The notes beneath the pieces are model-generated. The model did not search any database. It was not told the DNA's origin and worked only from the letters and a program-made list of their open reading frames with translations. The position numbers and the translations under genes were made by a program. Shown piece by piece: positions 1 to 12,351 of a DNA stretch of 64,000 nt. Source of the DNA: Octopus sinensis (taxonomy: Eukaryota); assembly GCF_006345805.1 (NCBI RefSeq), contig NC_043000.1:7998001-8062000 (forward strand), read 5' to 3'. Every line of letters begins with the position of its first letter. The first letter of the stretch is position 1.

Positions 1-598
1 TGGTTGGTGTATTTCTCAATTGCAGTCCACATATAGTAATCCATGAGATTACAATCAAGGGAATTAGGAGGCCAGAAATTGGATCTTGTGAGGTTGTTGA
101 AATTCTCTGACAATCACATCTGACTCTTTTCAGAGGCTTGGCAAAGAGCCAAATCCTGCTGCCACACATATGACTTTTCAGTAGCAGCACTTTATGACCA
201 GGATTTGACCACAATCTCTAGCAGCCTCGCATAACCATCTGAATTGAGCTTAAGGTCCCGTTCAAAGATGTGGGAATGGCTTCTGGCATGTGAACACAGT
301 CAAAATACTTGCTGAGGTTCTTTCTGCTGGCCATGTCACGTCTTACAGCCTTTGCAGTGTTCACAGAGCACTGAGCAGAAGTCATGATGCTGGCATTTTG
401 GTACCTGGCACAAATCAGCATGATACAGGTAACTCTTCTCCAGTATTCAAATAGCTTCCAGCCCTCCATGTCAGCTACCTTTTGCTCAACTACAACTTCA
501 GTTTTTATGCTTTCCAAAGTTATTGACTGTTCACCAATACATCAAGCTGTTCTGAAAAAAGGAAACAAAAAATCATCAAATTTAACCCAAACTACCTG
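1..598 (-). mobile_element. Internally deleted maT-type (DD37D) Tc1/mariner relic, cut by the window start
   Basis: Reverse strand of 1-217 reads YVWQQD-(37 aa)-D in ...WPPNSLDCNLMDYYMW, with in-frame stops. The N-terminal part is in ORF 218-517. The end near 570-598 resembles the end of the related copy at about 18700-18728. Confidence 0.75.
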
Positions 599-628
599 TG
601 CGTGTGTGTGTGTGTGCGTGTGTGTGTG

Positions 629-677
<49 letters not shown>

Positions 678-822
678 ATGTACATACATCTACACAAGGT
701 TAAATCTATACTCATATCAAAGTACACATACACTTACATGCCCACGCACACATACACATAAATGCACGCACACACATGAATATATGTATGCATGTCTTTA
801 TGTGCTTCTCTGTCACACAATA

Positions 823-855
<33 letters not shown>

Positions 856-894
856 GTATGTATATGTATGTATATGTATGTATGTATATATAGT
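598..894. repeat. Compound (TG)n/(CA)n/(TA)n/(TATG)n microsatellite
   Basis: Direct reading. Confidence 0.95.
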
Positions 895-1285
895 GCAGGC
901 ATGGCTGTGTGGTAAGAAGTCTGCTTTCCAACCACTTGATTCCAGGTTCAGTCCCACTGTGTGGTACCTTGGATAAGTGCTACTATAGTCTCAAGCCAAC
1001 CAAAGCCTTGTGGGTGGACTTGGTAGATAGAAACTGAAGCAAGCCTGCCATTTGTATATGCATATATATATTTATGTGTGTGTGGTTTGTCCATCCACCA
1101 TTGCTTGACAAACTCTGTTGGTATGTTTACATCCCTGTAACTTAACGGTTTGACAAAAGAGACCGACAGAATAAGTACTAGGCTTACAAAGAATAAGTCC
1201 CGGGGACAATTTCTTTGACTAAAAAACCCTTTAAGATGGTGCTCCAGCATGGCTGCAGTCAACTGACTGAAGCAAGTAAAAAAAA
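895..1285 (+). mobile_element. tRNA-derived SINE S1
   Basis: A-box-like TGGCTGTGTGGTAAG, B-box-like GGTTCAGTCCC, CTTGG..AAGTG body, internal TA/TG tract, tail ending CAGCATGG..GCAGTCAA..GACTGAA.CAAGTAAAA; many copies in the window. Confidence 0.9.
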
Positions 1286-2039
1286 ATCAAAAAAATAGAA
1301 TAAAGGAATATCTATGCATTCATTTATTTTACATTCATAAAAATTACTGAGTAGCGCTGGAGAGTGATTTGTGATGTTTGGCGTACATGAGAGATAAAGC
1401 AATAAAGCCACATTACTGTAGCACATTGACCACACCAGGCTATAAAAATCCAACGTTTTAGACTGCAGTAGAAACAGTGCAATGCAAAGCAAAGCATTGC
1501 ACAAGATCTTTGTGGTTTATGATAATACTCTTAACTGGTGTGACCTTGCTTGCAGTTTGATAATTTGGATCTGTATTGCATAGCTTACTGATTAAGTTGC
1601 ATCACTGCCTTGTTTGTTGGAGCTGCAACCTGCTCTCTCATTCTTCTATTCCTCTGTTCTGTTATACTGCTATTATGTAATTCTGGTAGTTGTTTGTTGT
1701 TTTCTAGCTGTTATTGTTTCTGTATTTGTCAGAGTAATGAGGATTTTGATTGGTTGCCTTTGTTCCTTAATATTGTTTTCTATTGTCGTTGTTGTTGTTG
1801 TTTCTTTCTTGTTTTATTTATTTATTTATTTTTTGGTTCTGTATCAATTTGTGAGCAATAGTATCATCGGTTATCGATATCTAGCTGATCAATCACCGGT
1901 TCAGTGCCTTTGTGATAGCGAGAGTGATAAGGGAACAGCTAACCTGATGCAAGGGGACTTCATAAAGCACTTGTTTTGTTTTTGGTTTTTTCACTGATGT
2001 TTATGTCCTCTGCTGATGTAAATCAGCAAAGGTTACACA

Positions 2040-2185
2040 GATAAATACATGTACACACACACACACACAAACACAAACAAACAAAAGGGTGTGGCATCAT
2101 TCAAAGCTACAAAAATGTGACGAAATGCCTTATGACCAGTGGTGTATAACACCATGCAATAGTTGGGTTGATACAGAGGTACACC

Positions 2186-2245
<60 letters not shown>

Positions 2246-2291
2246 ATATATATATATGATATATATATATATATAATATATATATATATAT

Positions 2292-2351
<60 letters not shown>

Positions 2352-2424
2352 TAGATATAGATTATATGCATGTATCTATATATATATACATGCATGCACA
2401 CACACACACATATATATATATAAA

Positions 2425-2466
<42 letters not shown>

Positions 2467-2506
2467 ATAGATAGATATGCATGTATCTATATATATATAT
2501 ATACAT

Positions 2507-2555
<49 letters not shown>

Positions 2556-2560
2556 CTACC
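2040..2560. repeat. Compound (CA)n/(TA)n microsatellite with a duplicated GATAGAT...GCATG..TCTAT subunit
   Basis: Direct reading; ATGCATGTATCTATATA occurs at about 2365 and about 2478. Confidence 0.9.
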
Positions 2561-3025
2561 TTTAATCAGCAGAAGCCGCAAAGTGACTTAAGGGGTGAGA
2601 GTCTTATATTTGGCAAACTTATACATAAGTATGTATGTGTGTGATTTTGTGTGTGCGTGTTTATGTATGTGAATGCCCTCTTCTTCTTGGAAATGGTAGA
2701 GCTGATGCCATCTCCACTGGGGTATTCTCACCTCACTTGTATCTTTTTTTCATCTCCTTTGTATTATCAACACCCACCAAGCCCTACCCTGATCACTTGT
2801 GTCTACTCCTTCCTTCTTACGATGCTGGTTTACTGGAATTTCCTCCCTTTTCATGTTTTCCCTTCACACTGTATTGACTAGGAATGCCTGTGACAGCCAT
2901 CAGCAATGCCTCTTCTTCCAAATCCAGCAAGTGAAAAGAAAATAATAATTGGATATGCATCAAATTTTTTTTTATCTGGTGTCCCAATATCCTGTGAATT
3001 CAGCTAGCCATGAACTACCAGCAGT

Positions 3026-3155
3026 GGTGTAAGGTGGTTGTTGTATTGGGTGTGCCTCCACACCCAATTCCACCAAATTTCAAGCGGAGGTATAACAAAA
3101 ATTTCCCATTAAAATTTGTGATTAAATTAACAAGTAAGGTTAATATTTATAATGA
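3026..3155 (+). repeat. Unclassified dispersed repeat (inverted copy at about 38486-38610)
   Basis: GTGGTTGTTGT.TTGGGTGTG...CACACCCAATTCCACCAAATTTCA...ACAAGTAAGGTTAATATTTATAATGAA matches the reverse complement of 38486-38610. Confidence 0.75.
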
Positions 3156-3157
3156 AA

Positions 3158-3372
3158 CCGGCGAGCTGGCAGAAACGTTAGCACGCCGGGCAAAATGCAT
3201 AGCCGTATTTCATCTGCCGTTACGTTCTGAGTTCAAATTCCGCTGAGGTCGACTTTGCCTTTCATCCTTTCGGGGTCGATAAATTAAGTACCAGTTACGC
3301 ACTGGGGTCGATATAATCGACTTGATCCATTTGTCCTTGTTTGTCCCCTCTGTGATTAGCCCTTTGTGGGTG
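3158..3372 (+). mobile_element. tRNA-derived SINE S2, near full length
   Basis: GGCGAGCTGGCAGAA head, GAGTTCAAATTCC B box, TTTCATCCTTTCGGGGTCGATAAATTAAGTACCAG core, tail TTGTCCCCTCTGTG.TTAGCCCTTTGTGG. Confidence 0.9.
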
Positions 3373-3515
3373 CACATTTACACACCCTTGACTACCAGTC
3401 ATTTACTTGAGTCATTTCACTCAACTATATCTCTTTACCAAGACATTGGCACAATCCATATTGGTGAAACACACTGTAATTGATGCACGACTCAAATTAG
3501 TGCTGCACAACTCAA

Positions 3516-3735
3516 CCTTTTAGCATTCAGATTATTCTGTCAAATACAATGCTTATTCATTTCCCATTGATGTGAATTAATCATGCATTATCTCATATCT
3601 TTGAAATTTCAATGAGGTAATTGCTTACGCTTTCAATGACATTGTTAGAGGTGTGAGAGGTCAGATCTGACCAGTTTGAACATAAAGCAAGTAACAAATT
3701 GGGGGCTGGGTATGTGTGGTTTAAATGCTAAAGGG
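3516..3735. mobile_element. piggyBac-like MITE
   Basis: Terminal inverted repeats CCTTTTAGCATT / AATGCTAAAGGG flanked by TCAA and TTAA; partial inverted copy at about 39000-39092. Confidence 0.7.
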
Positions 3736-4019
3736 TTAAACTGGTGCTTAACCCTAATGACTCAAATTTTGGAAGAACTTAAATTGATGCACTACATAAA
3801 TTGGTGTTCAACCCAAATAAAAGCACAATTTATATATGCATATATGTATATCCCTAAATGATGTGTGACACAAATTATGCAGAACTCAAGTTGCTCTTCA
3901 AACCTATTTGGGTTGAACAGTGATTTGAGTTCTGCATAATTGTTAGTGTAATTTTGGAGGGGATTATAAAGACGTAATCTTTTATTTTTGAAATATTTGA
4001 TGAAATGTAAAATGATTAT

Positions 4020-4325
4020 GAATATGGCTGTATGGTCAAGAAGTTCACTTTGCAACCATATGGCTTCAGGTTCAGTCCCACTGTATGGCACCTCATGCAA
4101 GTGTCTTCTGCTATAGCCCTGGGCCAACTAATACCTTGTAATTGAATTAGCAGAGTGAAACTGTGTAAAGGCCTCCTCTGTGTGTGTGTGTATGTGTGTT
4201 TAAATAGTGACTGTGTTTAAATAAATAACAGATTCAAACAGAAAAATAAGTCCTGGGGGCAATTGTTCGACTGAAACCTTTTAAGGCAATTCCAATCCAA
4301 TGATTGAAACAAGTAAAAGAAGATA
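4020..4325 (+). mobile_element. SINE S1, degraded
   Basis: TGGCTGTATGGTCAAG...GGTTCAGTCCCACTG...GAAACAAGTAAAAG. Confidence 0.8.
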
Positions 4326-4429
4326 AAATGAAAATGTCATTCATTAAGCAATTGACACAGAAGTATTTCAGCCATCAGTTACTATCAAGTGTAACTTGAT
4401 AGACTGTGCCATGGTTCTGCTTATTGTTT

Positions 4430-5090
4430 TAGATGCCCATGGGGTCACGGTTCTCCTGAATTTCATCTTCTGAAAACAACGTGTCTATTTTGTGCTTAAT
4501 AAACTCTATGTCTCTAGAATTGTATCTTGAAGCTTTTTGTGATTGGTTTGTGCTTAGAGATCTTGATGTCTGGAAGTAGTTCACAAGCAGATTGAGACAC
4601 CCTTTCAGCACTCACATCTTTCTTTAGTGGTAAGTCCAGGATGTGATACCTGGAGGGGAAGACGGTTGTATCAGCACTAGACCGGTACATTTTTTTTAAT
4701 GACCCCAAAAAAGATCAATGATAAAGTTACCTTGGCAGGATTTGAACTCACAGTGTAGAAAGCAAGAACGAATGTTGCAATGCAACATCTGATACTTTAG
4801 TAACTTTACCATTTAGCAACTCCACCTTAAACATGTGCTTTACTTCCTTACTTGCTATTGGTGGCCCGTCACATGTGATGACAGCATCATTCCAGGACAT
4901 TCATCCTCCTCCACCTCCAGCATATTGTTTCTTATGATAGTGGATGAGGCTGACAAGATTGATGCAAGATAGGCAGATTCTGTGGCACTGAGGGGCCCTG
5001 AAAATGACACTGAACAACAGCTATAACAAGTTGATGACAATGTCTCCTCCTCTTTACGTGCAATCTCTTGTGTTTGGTTTCCAAACACCT
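4430..5090 (-). mobile_element. Probable Ty3/Gypsy pol relic (start of RT), interrupted by an S2 SINE
   Basis: Across one frameshift 4430-4640 reads KPI.K-SRYNSRDIEFIKHKIDTLFSEDEIQENRDP, resembling the KPI..K.RRY....FIK.EI..LL.EG.I..S.SPW segment preceding Gypsy RT. Assignment of 4855-5088 (YLASILSASS) to the gag-pro junction is weaker. Confidence 0.5.
4650..4830 (-). mobile_element. SINE S2, degraded
   Basis: ACCGGTAC...GACCCC...CTTGGCAGGATTTGAACTC is the reverse complement of the S2 core and B box. Confidence 0.65.
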
Positions 5091-5876
5091 TTCTTCAGCA
5101 TCACACAGAAACTTCCATGCCTTCTGATTAATTGCCAGGGTTTCCAGCCAATTGGGAGGGACACTGCATATGCAATAACATAAGTGCTATGATACAACAT
5201 TTATCATAAACAAAAATTAAAGAATATTTCTCCAAAAAATATATCAAATTATTGGAAAATTGTTTTATATTTAAATATAAAAAGAAAAAAAAAGAAAAAG
5301 TTGGAGATGCAGAGGGATTATTGATTTACTATAATGGATGCTGGTGGTAAAAAGTTGGGAAATGCAGGCTCCTCATGGTCGCTTGACCTGTTAGAAATAA
5401 CAGCCTAATCTTCTTCGTTTGAGGTGCAATAGTGGGTCTCTGTTGTTTGATGATGAAGACCCATCCATTTTCTCTGTCCACTATTCCTGCAAGAGTCATA
5501 GAGGTAGAGTTCTCAGACACCTCCTCTATAGTGTCCTATAAGAAGCAAGTGTCATTTTGTTTCCTGGCTGAATTCCCAAGCATGACCAATTGAAACTATG
5601 GATATTTTTCAACCATTTCAATTTTAGTCTACCCCTAGGTAGCTTGGCTTGAAGAATCCACCTTGAAGAATCCACTTTATGATTCTTTCCTGAGTAATCT
5701 GCTATTGAATTGATGTGCGAGTGGTTAAGCACATCCACGCTTCATGTATTTCTCAGTTAGAGTCAGCATGATACAGTCTATCTTTTGAAAAGCTGTATCT
5801 TTCGAATTAAAGGTATAATCCACTCAAGAGGCTTCTATACAGTTTCCATCTACCCGATTTCACTCATAAGGTATGA

Positions 5877-6180
5877 GTGTGGAGGCACATGGCCTAGTGG
5901 TTAGAGCAAGCAGACTCGCAATGGAGGGATCGTGGGTTTGAATCTCAGACCAGGCAATGTGTGTGTTTATGAGCGAGACACCTAAGCTCCACACGGCTCC
6001 GGCAGAAGGTAACGGTGAACTTCTGCTGACTCTTTTGACACAATTTTTTCTCACTCTTTCCTCCTGCATCTTGCGGCTCACCTGCGATGGACCGGCGTCC
6101 TGTCAATTTGGGGAACCTATACGCCAAAGAAACCGGGAAACTGGCCCTTATAAGACAGGCATGGCTCAAGAAAGAACAAA
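5877..6180 (+). mobile_element. tRNA-derived SINE, S3 head + tail X
   Basis: GTGGAGGCACATGGCCTAGTGGTTAG head; CTGCGATGGACCGGCGTCC...GAAACCGGGAAACTGGCCCTTAT tail followed by (CAA)n. Confidence 0.85.
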
Positions 6181-6329
6181 CAACAACAACAACAACAACA
6201 ACTAATGGTATGAGACTACCTGAGGCTATAAAATAGTTATATTTTCCCAAGATGCTATACAGTGGGATCTTACCTGAGACTTCATGGTTGTGAAGCAGAA
6301 GTCCTAACCATTCATCTGTATTGTGACTA

Positions 6330-6605
6330 TATTTCTACATATCATGGGATCATGTGACTAACCAGACTATTAGATATCATTACAAATTGCTGGTTGCAAT
6401 GCACTTTGCATCGTTATAGCGTTCAAAAGGCACCACCCAACTGGCTAGGCAAGCAGGCCAACACTCCTCCCTGATTGAAAGAAGGACTGGAACAACATGA
6501 AATGAAGTGTTTTGCTCAAGAACACAATGTGTTGCTCAAGCTGGGAATCGAACCCATGATCTAATGATCATAAGTGCAACAGTCTAACCACTAAGCCATG
6601 TGCTT
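6330..6605 (-). mobile_element. tRNA-derived SINE, S4 head + tail Y
   Basis: Reverse strand: CATGGCTTAGTGGTTAG...TGTGTTCTTGAGCAAAACACTTCATTTC, then GTTGGCCTGCTTGCCTAGCCAG..., the tail also seen at 42305-42430. Confidence 0.75.
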
Positions 6606-7109
6606 TCACTTCTACATATACTGCATGAAAAAGAATACAAAAAAAAAGCAAACAAAAAAGCAAAAATGGGGTGGTCATTGATGGAATGTCTTTCATCGTA
6701 GGTTTGCTCAATAAATGCAGAAGTAGGGTTAAGCAACAACAACAACAACATTGATTTCTTGAAAACAAAGTTTGTTTTAGAAATTGGAAGCTAGGCTAAT
6801 GATGTTAATCTGCATCATCAGAAATGAATTCTTACATTGGCACAAGGCCAAAAATGTCTGCAGTCAATTGAATTGAGTCTAGTCCCTGCTGGTGTTTGTT
6901 TTTATCGACCCTGGTCAGATGAAAGCCCAACTTGACCTCGGAGGTCAGCTTTGAGACTGCAGAAAATACAAGTAAAAATTGCTGGATGAAATGAAATACT
7001 TATGGCAATTAATCTGTTGGCCTACCATTTATTTCTTTTACATATACAATTATGCATATCTATATGTGTGTGTGTGTGTGTATGCATATATATATATGTA
7101 TCATTGTTA

Positions 7110-7240
7110 TCATCATTCATCATTTAATGTCCGTTTTCCATGCTAGCTTGGGAGCTTGGGTATAGGTTGGACAGTTCAGCAAGGGCTGAAGGACCATAGG
7201 ACTGCATCAAGCTTGCACACTCAGCATCATCCCTTACCTC
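7110..7240 (-). mobile_element. 5'-truncated RTE 3' tail
   Basis: CATTTAATGTCCGTTTTCCATGCTAGC is the reverse complement of the RTE terminus at about 23300-23340. Confidence 0.75.
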
Positions 7241-7242
7241 TT

Positions 7243-7367
<125 letters not shown>

Positions 7368-7855
7368 ATATATATATATTCATGCATGCAAACATACATA
7401 TGCTCATGTATATAGATCATAGGGCATCAAGCTATAAAATCTATGCCAAAGCTGACATTAGAGCTCAACACAGCCCTGTGGGTCACCAGATCCTGTTAAA
7501 CCATTCAACTCATGCAAACATGCCAACATGGAAAAGAGACATTAAATAATATAGATGATGACGATGATGATGATGTGTACATGTATATATACACATGATC
7601 ATTATAAAACTGGAGATTTGGTTGTAAGAAAAATCTATTATTATTATTATTACGTCATAAAGATTATGTAATTCATGATGTAATTAATGATGTAATGGTA
7701 AAAAAATGTTGCTTTTATCGAATCTCTAGTCTTACTTGGATATACACTCTGTAATCTATTTAAATAATATAAAGCTAAACGAAAATCAGAGAAGAAATGA
7801 TGTTTAATACCTAACTGCTAGTTGGACAGATATAGATTTACATGAAGATGTAAGT

Positions 7856-8156
7856 CAGTGGTTCTAAACCAAGATCCACATGGCCCTTGAGGGTCCACAT
7901 GGCCCTTGAGGGTCCACATGGCCCTTGAGGGTCCTTATAACATTTGCTGTTAAAATTTATGTGCATAAATTGGTTATATTTGTACAATAAACAAAATATT
8001 TTAATAATTTTTTTGTTTTTAAAACAATTCCTAATAATATTTAATTATAAAATATAATGGGACTATTTTTAAACATTGAATATTTATTAGGATCCAGGAG
8101 AGTAAAACAGGAATCAAAGGGGTCCATAGGTGAAAAAAAAGGGTTGAGGATCACTG
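7856..8156. mobile_element. hAT (Charlie/Buster-like) MITE with 8-bp target-site duplication
   Basis: TIRs CAGTGGTTCTAAACC / GGGTTGAGGATCACTG; flanks ATGTAAGT (7848-7855) and ATCTAAGT (8157-8164), 7/8 identical. Confidence 0.85.
7875..7934 (+). repeat. Perfect 19-bp tandem repeat x3 (TCCACATGGCCCTTGAGGG)
   Basis: Direct reading. Confidence 0.95.
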
Positions 8157-8206
8157 ATCTAAGTAAACGTTAACTGTTTCACCGTCTCTTTTAAAATAGT
8201 AACTTT

Positions 8207-8515
8207 TCAACACATCATCATCATCATCATCATTTAACATCCGTTGTCCATGCTGGCATGGGTTGGATGGTGTGACTAGAGCTGGCATGCTGGGGGTAGT
8301 GGTGGTGGTGGAGCTGCATCAGACATATGCTTATGTGTGATTTGGCATGGTTTCTATGACTGGATACCCTTCCTAACACCAACCACTTTACAGCATGTAC
8401 TGGGTGCTTTTACATGATGCTGCACGGATGCTTTTACATGTCATGTATGTGGAACTGCATGGGTGCTTTTATGTGGCACCACATGGGTGCTTTTCCGTGG
8501 CACTACCATGTGTGC
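8207..8515 (-). mobile_element. RTE 3' tail with short GGTGCTTTTA-type subrepeats, degraded
   Basis: (CAT)n, TTTAACATCCG...CCCTTCCTAACACCAACCACT, then repeated GGTGCTTTT units. Confidence 0.75.
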
Positions 8516-8634
8516 TTTAGACCATCAGAAGGATTGGTCTTAACACTTCTGCTGCAGAGTACAATATATATGTGTTTTGTGTATATGTATGTATTTATAT
8601 GCATGTGTGTATTATATATATTTGTATATATGGT

Positions 8635-8975
8635 GTGAAAGTGCATGGCTCAGTGGTTAGAGCGTCGAGCTTATGCTCGTGAGATTGTGAGTTTGAATCC
8701 TGGACTAGGCTGCGTGTTGTGTTCTTGAGCAAGACATTTTATTTCATGTTGCTCCAGTTCCCTCAGCTGCAGAAATGAGTTGTGACGTCACTGGTGCCAA
8801 ACTGTATCAGCCCCTTTGTCTTTCCCTTGGATAACACTGGTGGCATGGAGAGGGGAGGCTGGTATGCTTGGGCAACTGCTGGTCTACCATAAACAACTTT
8901 ACCTGAACTTGTGCCTGGGAGGGTAACTTTCTAGGTGCAATCCCATGGTCAGTCACGACTGAAGGGGGTCTCAGC
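8635..8975 (+). mobile_element. tRNA-derived SINE, S4 head + tail Z
   Basis: GCATGGCTCAGTGGTTAG...TGTGTTCTTGAGCAAGAC...GTGACGTCAC.GGTGCCAA...GGGTAACTTTCTAGGTGCAATCCCATGGTCA...GACTGAAGGGGGTC; same as 39298-39630. Confidence 0.85.
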
Positions 8976-9727
8976 ATTACCCGCCTGTATATATGGTGGA
9001 CAGTTCTTTTTTTAAGTGTGTTGTATTAAAGACATGACATGGTCTAATTTAATCTTTTTATTAACATTTTCTCAATTCTGTACATCAGAGCCTTATAGTT
9101 TGCTTGAGGCAATAAAGTTCCTCAATGCATCTTTATTAAGGTTTAAAGGCTATCTCAGTCGTGGTTTCAGGATGTGGAGGGGCTTTGGCTTCTATGCTTT
9201 TTGTAGTGGACACATGATTATGTAGAATTTCTTGCCAGAGCTTGATCATTATAGTATTAGTGTTCTGCATCAATGGATTTGCATTTGTGATGTGTGTATG
9301 TTGTATGTTAATTGTTGCACTTGTGTTGCTACATTAGTATCCCCGACACCATAAAACAAAGCTAGATGGGAAAATATTAATAAAAAATGCTTTCGTACTT
9401 AATAGAATTTCCCATGGGGAAAAAGAAGTGTCTGGTTTTGGATGCAATACTAATATCAGAAAACAAGGCTACAAATTATCATACAATATACACATTCCAC
9501 AACCACAAATCAAATGATGTAGAACACTAACAATCTAAAGGTCAATTTCTGGTAGGAAAATCTGTATAAATATAAGGCTTCTACTGCAAAAAAAGGGCAA
9601 CTTGAAGATGAAGTTGAGATATCCTGGAAGCATTGAAAACAAAATGAATTCGAGAACTTTATTGTTCCAAATGAATTATATGAGTCTGATGCACATACAT
9701 AAGAAAATGTTAATAAAAATATCTTAG

Positions 9728-9890
9728 ACGCAGGTATGGCAGTGAGGTTAAGAAGTTTGCTTCCTAATCACGTGGTTCCAGTTTCAGTCCCACTGTGTGG
9801 AACCTTGGGCAAGTGTCTTCTACAATAGCCTCAAGTTGACCAAAGTCTTGAGACTGGATATGGCGGATGGAAACTGAAAGAAGCCTGTTG
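9728..9890 (+). mobile_element. SINE S1 5' half
   Basis: Head and body up to GAAACTGAAAGAAGCC, abutting an RTE tail. Confidence 0.8.
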
Positions 9891-9894
9891 TCAC

Positions 9895-11067
9895 CATCAT
9901 AATCATCATCATCATCATCGTTTAATGTACGCCTTCCATGTTGGCATGGGTTGAACGGTTTGACTGGGTACTGGTGAGCCAAATGGCTCCACCAGGCTCC
10001 AATCTGATCTGGCAGAGATTCTACAGCTTGATGCCCTTCCTAATGCCAACCACTCCGAGAGTGTTGTGGGTTCTTTTACGTGCCACTGGCACGAGGGCCA
10101 GTTAGGCAGTACTGGCAATGGCCACGCTCAAATGGTGTTTTTATATGTCACTTGCACAGGAACCAATCCAGCAGCAATGGCAACGCCCTCGCTCAAATGT
10201 TGTTTTTCATGTACCACCAGCACATGTGTCAGTAAGGCAACACTGGTAACGATCACGCTCAAATGGTGCTTTTTATATGCCACTGGCATGAGGGCCAGTC
10301 AGTGGCCCTGGCAATGATCACTCTCGGATGGTGTTTTTAGCACTCCACTACCACGGATGCCAGTCATGCGGTGCTGTCATTGAATTTGATTTCGATTTCA
10401 CTTGCCTCAACAGGTCTTCGCAAGCAGAGTTTAGTGTCCAATGAAAGAAAGGTACCCCTAAGTGGGCTAGTTACACCACTGGCATAGGCCACGGGTTATG
10501 GTCTCACTTGGCTTGCCGGGTCTTCTCAAGCACAGCATATTTCCAAAGGTCTCGGTCACTAGTCATTGCTTTGGTGAAGCCTAATGTTCAAAGGTCATGC
10601 TTCACCACTTCATCCCATGTCTTCCTGGGTCTATCTCTTCCACAGGTTCCCTCAACCACTAGGGTGTGACACTTTTTCACACAGCTATCCTCATCCATTT
10701 GCACCACATGACCATACCAGCACAGTCGTCTCTCTTGCATACCACATCTGATGCTTATTAGGTACAACTTTTCTCTCAAGGTACTTACACTCTGTCATGT
10801 ATGCACACTTACATTACGCATCCAGCAGAACATACTGGCTTCGTTCCTTGAAAGCTTATGCATGTCCTCAGCAGTCACAGCCCATGTTTCACTGCCATGT
10901 AGTATGGCTGTTTGTACACATGCGTCATACAGTCTACCTTTTACTCTGAGCAAGAGGCCCTTTGTCACCAGCAGAGGTAAGAACTCTCTGAACTTTGCCC
11001 AGGCTATTCTTATTCTAGCAGCTTCACTTTCAGAGCACCCACCCCCGCTACTGACTTTTGTCCAACC

Positions 11068-11070
<3 letters not shown>
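9895..11070 (-). mobile_element. 5'-truncated RTE LINE (post-RT ORF end, minisatellite 3' UTR, (GAT)n tail)
   Basis: ORFs 10795-11130 and 10588-10779 (RIRIAWAKFRE..., GRDRPRKTWDEVVKHDL) closely match 22100-22646; 5' junction is in (TA)n. Confidence 0.92.
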
Positions 11071-11110
<40 letters not shown>

Positions 11111-11415
11111 AAAGTTATTTTATTCCACATAAGTAGAAATATAGGAAAATATAAGAAACTTTTTTAGACCATTCATGTGACTAACCTCTATCAATCAAGT
11201 CCTATTCAAAATATATACTAATTTGAGCCATGAACCTCCCTATAAAGATAGGAAAAACTTCAAACACTAGTCAGAAGCAAGACAGTTGTGATGTAAGTCA
11301 CATTTTTCTATTTCAATTTTTGAAAATCAGTGTAAATTGTGAAACTGGTTAAATATTTAAATATAGTAAAAAAATATTTTAACTATTCTCAATGCATTTT
11401 CACTTTCTGTTTGTG

Positions 11416-11470
<55 letters not shown>

Positions 11471-12193
11471 CAGAGACAGAGAGAGACAGAGAGAGAGAGA
11501 AAGAGAGAGAGAGAGACACACACACACAGATAGATAGATAGAGCAACAAAAAAGGAGACAGAGAGAGAGAGAATTCAAGAGAAAATGTAAATATTATGAA
11601 GAAAATTGGTTATTTTTCTTTCTTTATGTCCAGACAGCATGAATGGTGTTTGCAGCAGAACAGTATCTGCTTTGGAGAGACAACTACACTGCCTTCATGT
11701 CAGAGAAATATGAATAGTCTCTATTTTCTATTGGATGTCATGACATAATAGGCAGAATGTAGAGTGTAGAGTGTACGGCAGAGGGAGAAAAGGAGAGATA
11801 GTGAGAGAGAAGCAGAGAATGACATGAGAGAGGGAGTGAGTGTGAGGGAGAGAGATACAGACATAAAGATGGAAAAAAAGAAAAATGATAGTAGCGATTC
11901 GAATAACGTAAGAGAGAGAGAGAGAGAGGGGGGGGGTTAGAAAGAACTGCAGACATGTGTGTATACACACACGCACCACACACACAAACACACACACAAA
12001 TATACATATATGTGCGTATGTGTATATATATGTATATCTAAATGTATACATGTACACACACGCACATACCCACACAAACAAACACACACACACACACATA
12101 CAGATATACATATATGTGTGTATTTGTATATATATATATGTATATCTAAATGTATACATGTACACACGTACACACACACACATACCCACACAT

Positions 12194-12226
<33 letters not shown>

Positions 12227-12228
12227 TA

Positions 12229-12331
<103 letters not shown>

Positions 12332-12351
12332 TATATATATATATATATATA

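Noticed and set aside
1614-1997. 127-aa hydrophobic ORF as a membrane protein
   Set aside because: Driven by T-rich, (GTT)n and (TTTA)n low-complexity sequence; no recognisable domain or convincing splice sites.
2670-2940. Purine-rich minus-strand segment with a GAG|GTGAGA donor as an exon
   Set aside because: All frames are interrupted by stops upstream of the donor and no family motif was recognised.
3158-3245. tRNA genes at SINE heads (here and at other S1-S4 copies)
   Set aside because: A and B boxes are present, but there is no complete cloverleaf and each head runs into a SINE body.
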